The position numbers and the translations under genes are program-made. From contig CAVVUN010000002.1 of assembly GCA_963751455.1 (NCBI GenBank), positions 611,505 to 675,504 on the forward strand: DNA of 64,000 bases, written 5' to 3'. Source of the DNA: Nitrospirota bacterium. GTDB lineage: Bacteria > Nitrospirota > UBA9217. The first letter of the stretch is position 1, and every line of letters begins with the position of its first letter. Under the pieces are notes generated by a model. The model searched no databases, was not told the origin of the DNA, and was given only the letters and a program-made list of their open reading frames with translations. Positions 55,190-64,000 of the stretch are shown here, piece after piece.

Positions 55190-57394
55190 ATGTCCGACCA
55201 TCCCCTCTCCATAGCGTTCGTCTGGCACATGCATCAGCCTTACTACAAGGATGATATTTCAGGCTCCTATATTCTTCCCTGGGTGCGCATGCACGGAATC
55301 AAGGATTACTACGACATGCCGGCGCTCCTGAACGATTTTCCCCAGATCCATCAGACCTTTAATCTCGTTCCTTCCCTCCTGAAGCAGATCCTCGATTATG
55401 TAGAGAATGGGGCCTCAGACAAGTTTCTTGCGCTCGCCGCCAAGCCTGCCGTTGACCTCGACCAGGAGGACAAGCACTTTTTATTGAAAAATTCATTCAT
55501 GGCGAACTGGGACACCATGATCAAGCCGTATGCCGGTTACTGGCAGCTGCTGGACCGCAGGGGATACAGCGTATCTCCGAACGATTTCCGGAACGCCACC
55601 CGCTATTATACGACCCAGGACTATCTGGACCTTCAGGTCTGGTTCAACCTTACCTGGTTCGATCCGCTTTTCAAGTACACGGACCCGTTCCTGAAGGGAA
55701 TGATCGAGAAAGGCTCCGGTTTCAGCGAGAATGAAAAGGCGCTTCTCATTCAAAAACAGCGGGACGTTATGGCCCTGATCATCCCGGAGTACCGGAAGCT
55801 TTCTGAAATGGGAAGCATTGAACTTACGACAACGCCTTTTTATCACCCGATTCTGCCGCTCCTGTGCGACACGGATCTTGCAAAGGCAGCGGCGCCGGAC
55901 ATACGCCTGCCGGCAAACAGGTTCGCGCATCCTGAAGATGCCCGCGCCCAGATCGAGCGTGCTCTCGAGTTTCATGAAAAACTGTTCGGAGCGAGACCGG
56001 CGGGAATGTGGCCGTCTGAAGGGTCCGTTGCCGAGGAGATCCTTCCGCTCATAGCTGATTCCGGCGTCAGCTGGATCGGGACCGACGAGGGCGTTCTTGC
56101 GCGCTCGCTTGGAATCCATATAGAACGCGACTTCGCCGGCGTCATGAAGAACCCGGACGTTTTGTACAAGCCATACCTGGCAGGCAAGCCGGATCGGCCG
56201 GTATCAATGGTTTTCCGCGATCATACACTTTCCGACCTCATCGGCTTCGTCTACTCGAAATGGGATTATAAAAACGCGGTTCACGATCTCATCGACCGGC
56301 TGCACCGCGTGCGCAAGAGCGTTTCCAACGGACCGCACCTGGTCTCGATCATCCTGGACGGGGAAAATGCCTGGGAATACTATCAGAACGACGGGAGGGA
56401 CTTCTTCCTCTATCTTTACGAAAAGTTGAGCCGCGAGCAGGGACTGCGCTGCGTCAGCGTGGGCGAATACCTGAAGGAACATCCGGCGCAGGCCCGGATC
56501 GAACGGCTCCATGCGGGGTCCTGGATCAATGCAAATTACCGCATATGGATCGGACACGAAGAGGACAACCAGGCATGGGACCTTCTTTCCATGACCCGCA
56601 ACGCTCTTACTGAATACGCTTCACGCAATGGCGAGCCTGAGGCGCTTGCAAAGGCATGGGAGGAAATCTATATCGCCGAGGGAAGCGACTGGTGCTGGTG
56701 GTACGGAGACGACCATTATTCCGAGAATGACGAAGAGTTCGACCTGCTGTTCAGAACGCATCTCATGAATGTGTACCGTATTATCGGTCTCGATGTGCCC
56801 GACGAACTGCAGATCTCCGTGCTCCGCGAGGACCGCCAGGCGCTGCCCACTGTGGAACTGACCGCTTTTATCTCGCCCATTATAGACGGACAGGTAACGA
56901 ACTATTTCGAATGGCTTCCCGCCGGATTCTACGACGTCAGCCAGGGCGGCGGCGCCATGCACCGGGGCGCTTCCATCATCTCGCATATCTACTACGGCTT
57001 CGATCTGAAGAACATGTTCATGCGTCTCGACGTCAGCGGGAACCTGAAGGACGAGAAGGTGACGGACCTCGCATTTTTCATCAATTTTTTAAACCCGAAG
57101 GGCTACGATCTCGAAATAGGGGTCGTACCCAGCGAACGCCGCGTAAGCGCCGCACTGTTCCGGTTCGAGAACGGAAAACGGAACCAGGCGGCGGCAATCA
57201 ATACCGTCGCGGCCAATGATATAATAGAAGTTGCCGTACCCTTCGAGCTGCTCGGTATAAAGCCGAACGACGACGTGCAGGTCTTTGTGACCGTGGAACG
57301 GGCCGGGTCGGAGATCGAGAAATGGCCATACCGCGGCTTTATCCAGTTCAAGGCTCCAACCGACGATTTCGAGGCCATGATGTGGCAGGTGTAG
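55190..57394 (+). CDS. Glycoside hydrolase family 57 (amylopullulanase type)
   Basis: WHMHQP, HPILPLL, WPSE, LDGENAWE, AEGSDW.WW. Confidence 0.93.
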   Translation: MSDHPLSIAFVWHMHQPYYKDDISGSYILPWVRMHGIKDYYDMPALLNDFPQIHQTFNLVPSLLKQILDYVENGASDKFLALAAKPAVDLDQEDKHFLLKNSFMANWDTMIKPYAGYWQLLDRRGYSVSPNDFRNATRYYTTQDYLDLQVWFNLTWFDPLFKYTDPFLKGMIEKGSGFSENEKALLIQKQRDVMALIIPEYRKLSEMGSIELTTTPFYHPILPLLCDTDLAKAAAPDIRLPANRFAHPEDARAQIERALEFHEKLFGARPAGMWPSEGSVAEEILPLIADSGVSWIGTDEGVLARSLGIHIERDFAGVMKNPDVLYKPYLAGKPDRPVSMVFRDHTLSDLIGFVYSKWDYKNAVHDLIDRLHRVRKSVSNGPHLVSIILDGENAWEYYQNDGRDFFLYLYEKLSREQGLRCVSVGEYLKEHPAQARIERLHAGSWINANYRIWIGHEEDNQAWDLLSMTRNALTEYASRNGEPEALAKAWEEIYIAEGSDWCWWYGDDHYSENDEEFDLLFRTHLMNVYRIIGLDVPDELQISVLREDRQALPTVELTAFISPIIDGQVTNYFEWLPAGFYDVSQGGGAMHRGASIISHIYYGFDLKNMFMRLDVSGNLKDEKVTDLAFFINFLNPKGYDLEIGVVPSERRVSAALFRFENGKRNQAAAINTVAANDIIEVAVPFELLGIKPNDDVQVFVTVERAGSEIEKWPYRGFIQFKAPTDDFEAMMWQV

Positions 57395-57494
57395 CGAAAT
57401 GTCGTCCCGTTTTCCCATGCTCATTCTCATGCGTATCATGTCAAAACGCCCCTCATAATAGTATCTTATTACCTTATAATAATTACTCTTTTTC

Positions 57495-57522
57495 TTGACA
57501 AGAGACTCGTTTTTTGTATAAT
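57495..57522 (+). promoter_or_regulatory. sigma70 promoter for glyQS
   Basis: TTGACA-16-TATAAT. Confidence 0.65.
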
Positions 57523-57583
57523 AACAATCTATTTTTTAATGTTCCGCGCTTGTCCGGACAGCCCCGGAAACAGCAGCAATAAT

Positions 57584-57757
57584 CCTGAAAACGGCAGCTG
57601 GACGCAGATGAACGCAGATAACCGCAGATCAAACAAAAGAATTTTTAGAGAAAAAAATTGACCCGCGGGGTGACTGCTTTTACGATACAAGAACGTTTTT
57701 TTATCCGACCTTATCTGCGTTTATCCGATTTTTCTGCGTCCCAAATGCTTTTTTAGG
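57584..57757. mobile_element. CCT...AGG MITE, copy 4, in the glyQ leader
   Basis: CCTGAAAACGGCAG...TTTTTTAGG; ATAAT duplicated on both sides. Confidence 0.85.
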
Positions 57758-57877
57758 ATAATCGCAATAATTTTTACACGGCAGCTGTCTTTGGCCTGCA
57801 GCAAAAACGAAGTAAAATCTAAAGTCAAATTCTGATAACAGAGACATCCGATTCTCTTTGCCGGGCAGGGACAATCA

Positions 57878-58747
57878 TTGACATTCCAGGATCTTATACT
57901 AACCTTACAGGAGTTCTGGGCCTCCAGGGGCTGTGTGATACACCAGCCTTATGATACTGAAGTAGGCGCCGGCACTTTTCATCCCGCAACCTTTCTGCGC
58001 GTTCTGGGGCCCGAGCCGTGGAAAACGGCCTATGTTCAGCCGTCGCGCAGGCCGACGGACGGACGGTACGGCGAAAACCCGAACAGGATGCAGCATTACT
58101 ATCAATTCCAGGTCGTTTTAAAGCCGCACCCTCAGAATGTTCAGGAACTGTATCTCGAAAGCCTCGTAAAACTCGGACTCGATCCGTTAAAGCATGATAT
58201 CCGTTTTGTTGAAGACGACTGGGAATCGCCCACGCTCGGCGCGTGGGGGCTGGGCTGGGAAGTATGGCTCAATGGTATGGAAGTCACTCAATTCACTTAT
58301 TTTCAGCAGGTGGGCGGGATCGATCTCAAGCCGGTTTCCGCGGAGCTGACTTACGGAATCGAGCGCCTTGCGATGTATCTTCAGGGAGTGAACAACGTGT
58401 TCAATCTCGAGTGGACAAAAGGAGTCAGGTACGGGGACATCCACCACGATACGGAGGTTCAGTTTTCGAAATATAATTTCGAGTTGTCGGACAAGGAGAT
58501 GCTGTTCCGGCAGTTCGAGTCCTATGAGCGCGAAAGCGAAAAACTTGTCAAGGCAGGCATTGTTTTTCCGGCGTACGACTTTTGCCTGAAATGTTCGCAC
58601 ACATTCAATTTGCTCGATGCGGCAGGCGCCATCAGCGTAACCGAACGCACGGGTTATATCGGCCGCGTCCGGAAACTTGCCCGGCTCTGCGCCCACGCGT
58701 ATCTCGCGGACCGGGAGGCAAAGGGCTTCCCGATGCTGAAGAAATAG
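57878..58747 (+). CDS. glyQ: Glycine-tRNA ligase alpha subunit
   Basis: [39 protein letters not shown]; TTG start. Confidence 0.97.
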   Translation: MTFQDLILTLQEFWASRGCVIHQPYDTEVGAGTFHPATFLRVLGPEPWKTAYVQPSRRPTDGRYGENPNRMQHYYQFQVVLKPHPQNVQELYLESLVKLGLDPLKHDIRFVEDDWESPTLGAWGLGWEVWLNGMEVTQFTYFQQVGGIDLKPVSAELTYGIERLAMYLQGVNNVFNLEWTKGVRYGDIHHDTEVQFSKYNFELSDKEMLFRQFESYERESEKLVKAGIVFPAYDFCLKCSHTFNLLDAAGAISVTERTGYIGRVRKLARLCAHAYLADREAKGFPMLKK

Positions 58748-58757
58748 AAGACTTGTA

Positions 58758-58883
58758 ACCACGGATAAACACGGTTGAAATCGGGGTTAATTCCCTAATT
58801 ATTCCGTTATTAGATTAATCTGCGCACACCTGTGTTAACCTGTGGTTGATAATCTTTTGTTTTTACCGTGTTCATCCGTGGTT
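58758..58883. repeat. 10-mer palindromic repeat element between glyQ and glyS
   Basis: AACCACGGATAAACACGG ... CCGTGTTCATCCGTGGTT. Confidence 0.75.
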
Positions 58884-58905
58884 ATTAGTTCGTGAGGAGT
58901 TTTGC

Positions 58906-60990
58906 TTGTCGAAAGAATTCTTACTAGAGATCGGGACTGAGGAAATTCCGTCCAGGTTCATCAACCCGGCCCTCCAGAAGATGAAGGAGCTTTTCACAGG
59001 GCTTCTTGCTTCAGGACGGGTGTCACTTGACGGCGAGATAAGGGTCTTCGGCACGCCGAGGCGTCTTGTACTGTACGCGGAAATAGCGGAACGGCAGCAG
59101 GATGTTTCGAAAGAAACTGTCGGTCCTCCCAAAAAGATCGCTTTCGACGCCGAGGGCAAACCGACGAAGGCAGCGCTCGTGTTCGCGCAGAAGAACGGCG
59201 TTACTACGGAAGCACTCCGGATAAAAACGACGGACAAGGGCGAATACCTTGTCGCCCGCATAGACGAAAAGGGCGGTCCGACCGGGGATTGGCTGAAGCA
59301 GGCGATGCCCGGCTTTATCCTTTCGATACCCTTCCCCAAAACGATGCGCTGGATGGACAGGGATATCCGGTTTGCGCGGCCGATTCACTGGATACTTGCC
59401 CTGCTCGGGGGCGCTGTGGTAGAGTTTGAATTGGACGGCATCAGGAGCGGCAGCCTTTCACGGGGACACCGGTTCATGAGCCCGGGAGCGTTCCTGGTCA
59501 AGGACTTCAAGTCCTATACCCAGCAGGCAGAGCCGAACTTTCTTATTATCGATCCTGAAGTGCGCAAACAGCGGATCGTGCAGCAGATCCGGGAACTGGC
59601 GCTGTCGAAGGGCGGAACGGTTCTGAACGATCCGGGGCTCGTTGAAGAGGTGGCCAATCTCGTCGAATATCCGGTCGCGGTGCTCGGAAGTTTTTCCGGC
59701 GAGTACCTGCGCGTTCCCAAAGAAGTTTTAATTACCGCAATGCGCGAGCACCAGCGGTATTTCAGCCTCATAACGGCCGACGGCGGCCTGCTCCCTCACT
59801 TCATCACTATAAGCAACACCCGGGCCGAGGACATGCAGGTCGTTCGGGCAGGGAACGAAAGGGTTCTTGCGGCGCGTCTCTCGGATGCGGCCTATTTCTT
59901 TGATCACGATTTAAAGACGCCTCTTGCAGACCGTGTCGAGGCGCTGAAGAAAGTAACCTATCAGGAAAAGCTTGGAACCATCCATGATAAGACCGAGCGC
60001 GTCGGGAAAATAGCCGTTTACCTGTCGCCCCATTTCGGGGCGGACCCCGATATAGCCCGACGGGCCGCGTATTTATGCAAGGCCGATCTGCTGACAGGAG
60101 TCGTCGGAGAGTTTCCGAAGCTCCAGGGTGTTATGGGAAAGTATTACGCCCTCTCTTCAGGCGAGGATCCCAGGACAGCGGAAGCGATTCTGGAACACTA
60201 CCTTCCGCGTTTTGCCGGGGACATCCTTCCGAAGACGGTCGAAGGCGTGTGCGTCGGCATTGCGGACCGGATAGATACGATTGCAGGCTGTTTTTCCGCC
60301 GGCCTGATCCCGAGCGGCTCCGAAGACCCCTATGGACTTCGAAGACAGTCGGTTGCAATCCTTGCCATCCTGTTTTACCGGAACAAGGGCCTTTCACTCA
60401 CTGCGCTTATAGCGGAGGCGGTGAAAGGACTGGGACTGACAAAGGAAAAGGCGAAGACCGTCGAGCTCGATACGCGCGATTTCTTTCGACAGCGCCTGGC
60501 GGGAATGCTTGCGGCCGAAGGACTCCGGTCCGACGTTGTTGATGCGGCTCTTTCCGTGGATTTCGATGATCCGCTGATCGCCCGTGAGAAGGTAAAGGCG
60601 CTCGACGGCCTGCGGACCTCCGAAGATTATGAGCCGCTTGTTACAGCGCTGAAGCGGGCCGGCAATATCCTGCCGCAGGACTTCAAAGGGAAAGTCACGG
60701 CCTCGCTTCTGAAAGAGGATGCCGAAAAAGCCTTGTACGAAGCGTTTACCGGCATCCGGGAACTGGTGAAGGAAAAGACCGGCAGACTCGACTTTCGCGG
60801 AGCGCTGGGCGACATCGCTTCGCTCAGAAAGCACGTGGACTCTTTCTTCAATACCGTCATGGTAATGGACAAGGACCCGGACGTGAAGAACAACCGGCTT
60901 GCGCTTCTTGCCGGCATTACAGGCCTTTTTTCCCGCATCGCGGACTTTTCGAGGCTTGTATTAAGCACTGAAGAAACGAAAAAAGCATGA
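58906..60990 (+). CDS. glyS: Glycine-tRNA ligase beta subunit
   Basis: TTG after GAGGAG; LLEIGTEEIP, TPRRL, F.RP..W, EFP.LQG.MG, DPYGLRR, NRLALL. Confidence 0.97.
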   Translation: MSKEFLLEIGTEEIPSRFINPALQKMKELFTGLLASGRVSLDGEIRVFGTPRRLVLYAEIAERQQDVSKETVGPPKKIAFDAEGKPTKAALVFAQKNGVTTEALRIKTTDKGEYLVARIDEKGGPTGDWLKQAMPGFILSIPFPKTMRWMDRDIRFARPIHWILALLGGAVVEFELDGIRSGSLSRGHRFMSPGAFLVKDFKSYTQQAEPNFLIIDPEVRKQRIVQQIRELALSKGGTVLNDPGLVEEVANLVEYPVAVLGSFSGEYLRVPKEVLITAMREHQRYFSLITADGGLLPHFITISNTRAEDMQVVRAGNERVLAARLSDAAYFFDHDLKTPLADRVEALKKVTYQEKLGTIHDKTERVGKIAVYLSPHFGADPDIARRAAYLCKADLLTGVVGEFPKLQGVMGKYYALSSGEDPRTAEAILEHYLPRFAGDILPKTVEGVCVGIADRIDTIAGCFSAGLIPSGSEDPYGLRRQSVAILAILFYRNKGLSLTALIAEAVKGLGLTKEKAKTVELDTRDFFRQRLAGMLAAEGLRSDVVDAALSVDFDDPLIAREKVKALDGLRTSEDYEPLVTALKRAGNILPQDFKGKVTASLLKEDAEKALYEAFTGIRELVKEKTGRLDFRGALGDIASLRKHVDSFFNTVMVMDKDPDVKNNRLALLAGITGLFSRIADFSRLVLSTEETKKA

Positions 60991-61093
60991 AACCGAAATG
61001 ATGCCGCCAAGGCGCGAACGCTCTAAGAAAACTTCGTGCTGATTTCTTTGCGGCAAAAACAGATACCAAACTTTTCCAGGGAGGGATAGTCAC

Positions 61094-63778
61094 ATGGCTA
61101 CAGGCAAGAAATACATTTATTTTTTCGGCAGCGGAAAAGCTGATGGGACAGGCACCATGAAGGACCTGCTCGGGGGCAAAGGCGCGGGCCTTGCCGAGAT
61201 GACCAACGCAGGCGTACCCGTGCCTCCGGGATTTACGATTACGACCGAGGTCTGCAACCTGTTCTACGAACTGGATAAACGCGTACCCGACGGTCTCGAC
61301 AGCGAGATGCGCGGGTACATGAAAAAAGTAGAAGACGCGCTGGGCGGCACTTTCAAGTTCGGCGATGTGGAGAACCCGCTCCTGGTGTCCGTGCGGTCCG
61401 GTTCGAAGTTCTCAATGCCCGGCATGATGGATACCGTCCTGAACCTCGGGTTGAACGACCAGACGATCCAGGGACTGATCCGCAGGACAGGCAATGAACG
61501 CTTCGCGTGGGACGCGTACCGCCGCTTCATCCAGATGTTCGGCAACGTCGTCATGGGCATCGAGAAGGACCAGTTCGAGCACATTATCCACGAGGCAAAG
61601 AAAAAGAAGAAGGTGAATCTCGATATCCAGCTTACCGCGCAGGACCTGAAGGCGATGGTCGACAAGTTCAAGGCCAGGGTAAAGCAGGTGGCCAAGCGCG
61701 AATTTCCGCAGGACACCTGGGAACAGCTGATAATGGCCCGGGACGCGGTTTTCGGTTCCTGGAACAACCCCCGCGCGATCACCTACCGCAGACTGAACGA
61801 CATACCGGGCAATCTCGGCACCGCGGTCAACGTCCAGGCGATGGTGTTCGGAAACATGGGCGACACCTCCGCCACCGGGGTGGGCTTCACGAGAAATCCC
61901 TCCACCGGAGCAAAGGAATTCTACGGAGAATATCTGACGAATGCCCAGGGCGAAGATGTGGTTGCCGGCATCCGTACGCCGCACCCGATCGTCGATCTTG
62001 AAAAGGAAATGCCCGAGGTGTACCGTCAGCTTCGCGACATTACGTCGCGGCTCGAGAAGCATTACCGCGACGTGCAGGATTTCGAATTCACGGTGCAGGA
62101 AAAAACGCTCTTCATGCTCCAGACCAGGACCGGAAAGCGCACGGCGCACGCGGCGGTCAAGATCGCGGTCGACATGGTGGCCGAGGGACTGATTTCGAAG
62201 GAAGAGGCGGTGCTCCGCGTAGAACCCGCTTCTCTGGATCAGCTCCTGCATCCCATCATCGATCCGAAAGCGAAGATCGAGGTAATCGCCAAGGGTCTGC
62301 CGGCTTCGCCGGGCGCCGCTTCCGGCAAAATCGTGTTCACGGCGGATGAAGCAGTGAAGATGGCAAAGAAGGAACCCGTTATCCTTGTCCGGCCGGAAAC
62401 AACACCCGACGACATACATGGTATGGACGCGGCCAAGGGCATTCTTACAGCCCGCGGCGGCATGACGTCGCATGCGGCCGTGGTCGCGCGCGGCATGGGC
62501 AAACCGTGTATTGCGGGATGCGAATCGATCAAGGTGGACCTCAAGGCTGAGAAGTTCACGGTCGGCAAGTATACGCTGAAGCTTGGCGATTATGTCACGA
62601 TCGACGGCGGCACCGGCCGCGTCATCATCGGCAAAGTTCCCACCAAGGACCCGGAGGTCAGCGGCGATTTCGGCACGCTTATGTCATGGGTCGACGAATT
62701 CCGGACGATGGGAGTGCGCGCCAACGCCGACATCCCGCGCGACGCAAAGATGGCGCGGAAATTCGGGGCAGAAGGCATCGGGCTCTGCAGGACCGAGCAC
62801 ATGTTCTTCGCCGAGGAGCGCCTGCCCATTGTGCAGCAGATGATCCTGGCAGATACTACGGAGGACCGCGAGAAGGCTTTGGCCAAGCTTCTGCCCATGC
62901 AGCGGTCGGACTTCAGGGGTCTTTTCGAGACCATGGAAGGCTACCCGGTGACGGTCCGGCTCCTCGACCCGCCGCTCCATGAATTCCTGCCCAAGCGCGA
63001 GGAACTTATGGTCGAGGTCGCGGTGATGCAGGCGAAGAAGGCCCCCAAGGCATCTATCACCAGGAAGGAAAAACTCCTCCATCGTGTGGAGTCGCTCCAT
63101 GAGCTGAACCCGATGCTCGGGCATCGAGGATGCCGCCTGGGAATCGTGTATCCCGAGATAACCCGCATGCAGACCAGGGCCATCATCGAGGCCGCCTGCG
63201 AACTCGCAAAGAAGGGCAAGAAAGTAGTGCCCGAGATCATGATCCCGCTTGTGGGAATCCAGAAGGAATTCCAGAACCAGAAGGACCTGATCAAGAAGAC
63301 CGCTGAAGAGGTGATGGAAAAGAAGGGCGTCAGGGTCGAGTACCTGGTAGGCACCATGATCGAGCTGCCGCGCGCAGCCATCATCGCGGACGAGATCGCG
63401 AAAGATGCCGAGTTCTTTTCGTTCGGCACGAACGATCTCACCCAGACCACCTTCGGGTTCAGCCGCGACGACGCCGGCAAGTTCATCGGCTATTATACCG
63501 AGAACAACATCCTTGAAAAAGACCCGTTCCAGACCCTGGACCAGGAGGGTGTCGGCGAGCTCGTAAAGATGGGCGTGCAGAAGGGCCGCAAAACGAGGGC
63601 GAACCTGAAAGTCGGCATCTGCGGCGAGCACGGCGGCGACCCGGCCAGCGTCGAGTTCTGCTACAAGACAGGGCTCAACTACGTGAGCTGCTCCCCGTTC
63701 CGGGTGCCGATCGCGCGCATTGCAGCGGCCCATGCCAAGCTCAACGAAAAGGGCGTAGGCGGATCGGGGACGAAGTAA
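61094..63778 (+). CDS. ppdK: Pyruvate, phosphate dikinase
   Basis: LLGGKGA, SMPGMMDT, GGMTSHAAVVARG, GLCRTEHMF, FSFGTNDL, GICGEHGG. Confidence 0.98.
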   Translation: MATGKKYIYFFGSGKADGTGTMKDLLGGKGAGLAEMTNAGVPVPPGFTITTEVCNLFYELDKRVPDGLDSEMRGYMKKVEDALGGTFKFGDVENPLLVSVRSGSKFSMPGMMDTVLNLGLNDQTIQGLIRRTGNERFAWDAYRRFIQMFGNVVMGIEKDQFEHIIHEAKKKKKVNLDIQLTAQDLKAMVDKFKARVKQVAKREFPQDTWEQLIMARDAVFGSWNNPRAITYRRLNDIPGNLGTAVNVQAMVFGNMGDTSATGVGFTRNPSTGAKEFYGEYLTNAQGEDVVAGIRTPHPIVDLEKEMPEVYRQLRDITSRLEKHYRDVQDFEFTVQEKTLFMLQTRTGKRTAHAAVKIAVDMVAEGLISKEEAVLRVEPASLDQLLHPIIDPKAKIEVIAKGLPASPGAASGKIVFTADEAVKMAKKEPVILVRPETTPDDIHGMDAAKGILTARGGMTSHAAVVARGMGKPCIAGCESIKVDLKAEKFTVGKYTLKLGDYVTIDGGTGRVIIGKVPTKDPEVSGDFGTLMSWVDEFRTMGVRANADIPRDAKMARKFGAEGIGLCRTEHMFFAEERLPIVQQMILADTTEDREKALAKLLPMQRSDFRGLFETMEGYPVTVRLLDPPLHEFLPKREELMVEVAVMQAKKAPKASITRKEKLLHRVESLHELNPMLGHRGCRLGIVYPEITRMQTRAIIEAACELAKKGKKVVPEIMIPLVGIQKEFQNQKDLIKKTAEEVMEKKGVRVEYLVGTMIELPRAAIIADEIAKDAEFFSFGTNDLTQTTFGFSRDDAGKFIGYYTENNILEKDPFQTLDQEGVGELVKMGVQKGRKTRANLKVGICGEHGGDPASVEFCYKTGLNYVSCSPFRVPIARIAAAHAKLNEKGVGGSGTK

Positions 63779-63830
63779 AAAAGCTGACTTAGTAAGTCAG
63801 ATTAACCTCTATCTAATAGTAAATCAAATC

Positions 63831-63857
63831 AAAGGGCGGCTCAAAGGCCGCCCTTTT
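63831..63857. terminator. Rho-independent terminator, possibly bidirectional
   Basis: AAAGGGCGGC-TCAAAG-GCCGCCCTTTT. Confidence 0.85.
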
Positions 63858-64000
63858 AGCTGTCGACATTCCTTTCTTTTATTTCAAAAAAGTGCAAGCT
63901 TTTCAGAGCAAGGATCCCCTCGCCATCATCCTCTCGATCTATCCGTTTCCACAGTCTTCCGGAGTACGAGAACCGGCTTTGGGCCGGCGTGCGCCCCGGA

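Noticed and set aside
57523-57877. T-box riboswitch in the glyQ leader
   Set aside because: No T-box consensus; the leader length is explained by a MITE with an ATAAT duplication.
63858-64000. Possible 3' end of a minus-strand gene
   Set aside because: Too short and no motif; the reading frame cannot be determined.

Overview
Bacterial chromosomal window, inferred to be from a Nitrospirota/Thermodesulfovibrionia-like or deltaproteobacterial anaerobe. It has five parts. (1) 1-26.7 kb is an envelope and respiratory island: a Cyc2-like cytochrome-porin, a frameshifted octaheme lipoprotein, nrfHA, cydAB and an A2-type heme-copper oxidase operon interrupted by a RAYT/REP unit. (2) 26.9-32 kb holds a B12-radical SAM gene, a type III PKS and a PAS hybrid kinase. 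(3) 32.5-43.7 kb is a lexA...dinB SOS module split by about 9 kb of same-strand cargo: a GxxExxY gene, an MNT, a SplB-like radical SAM, an integrase-less integron array (attI, four intact and two broken attC) and IS1380. (4) 44-53 kb carries beta-oxidation genes and rhlB. (5) 53-64 kb has a catalytically degenerate MNT-HEPN pair, two Lys-rich micropeptide ORFs, ftsB, GH57, glyQS and ppdK. The most unusual signal is non-coding. A palindromic 9-mer repeat element occurs empty several times and once wrapped around the GxxExxY nuclease gene. An IS110 sits in one copy, and its bridge-RNA guides can be read directly as matching that repeat. At least five unrelated TIR/TSD MITE families each enclose a REP-like palindrome. 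All calls come from reading the sequence; no searches were run.
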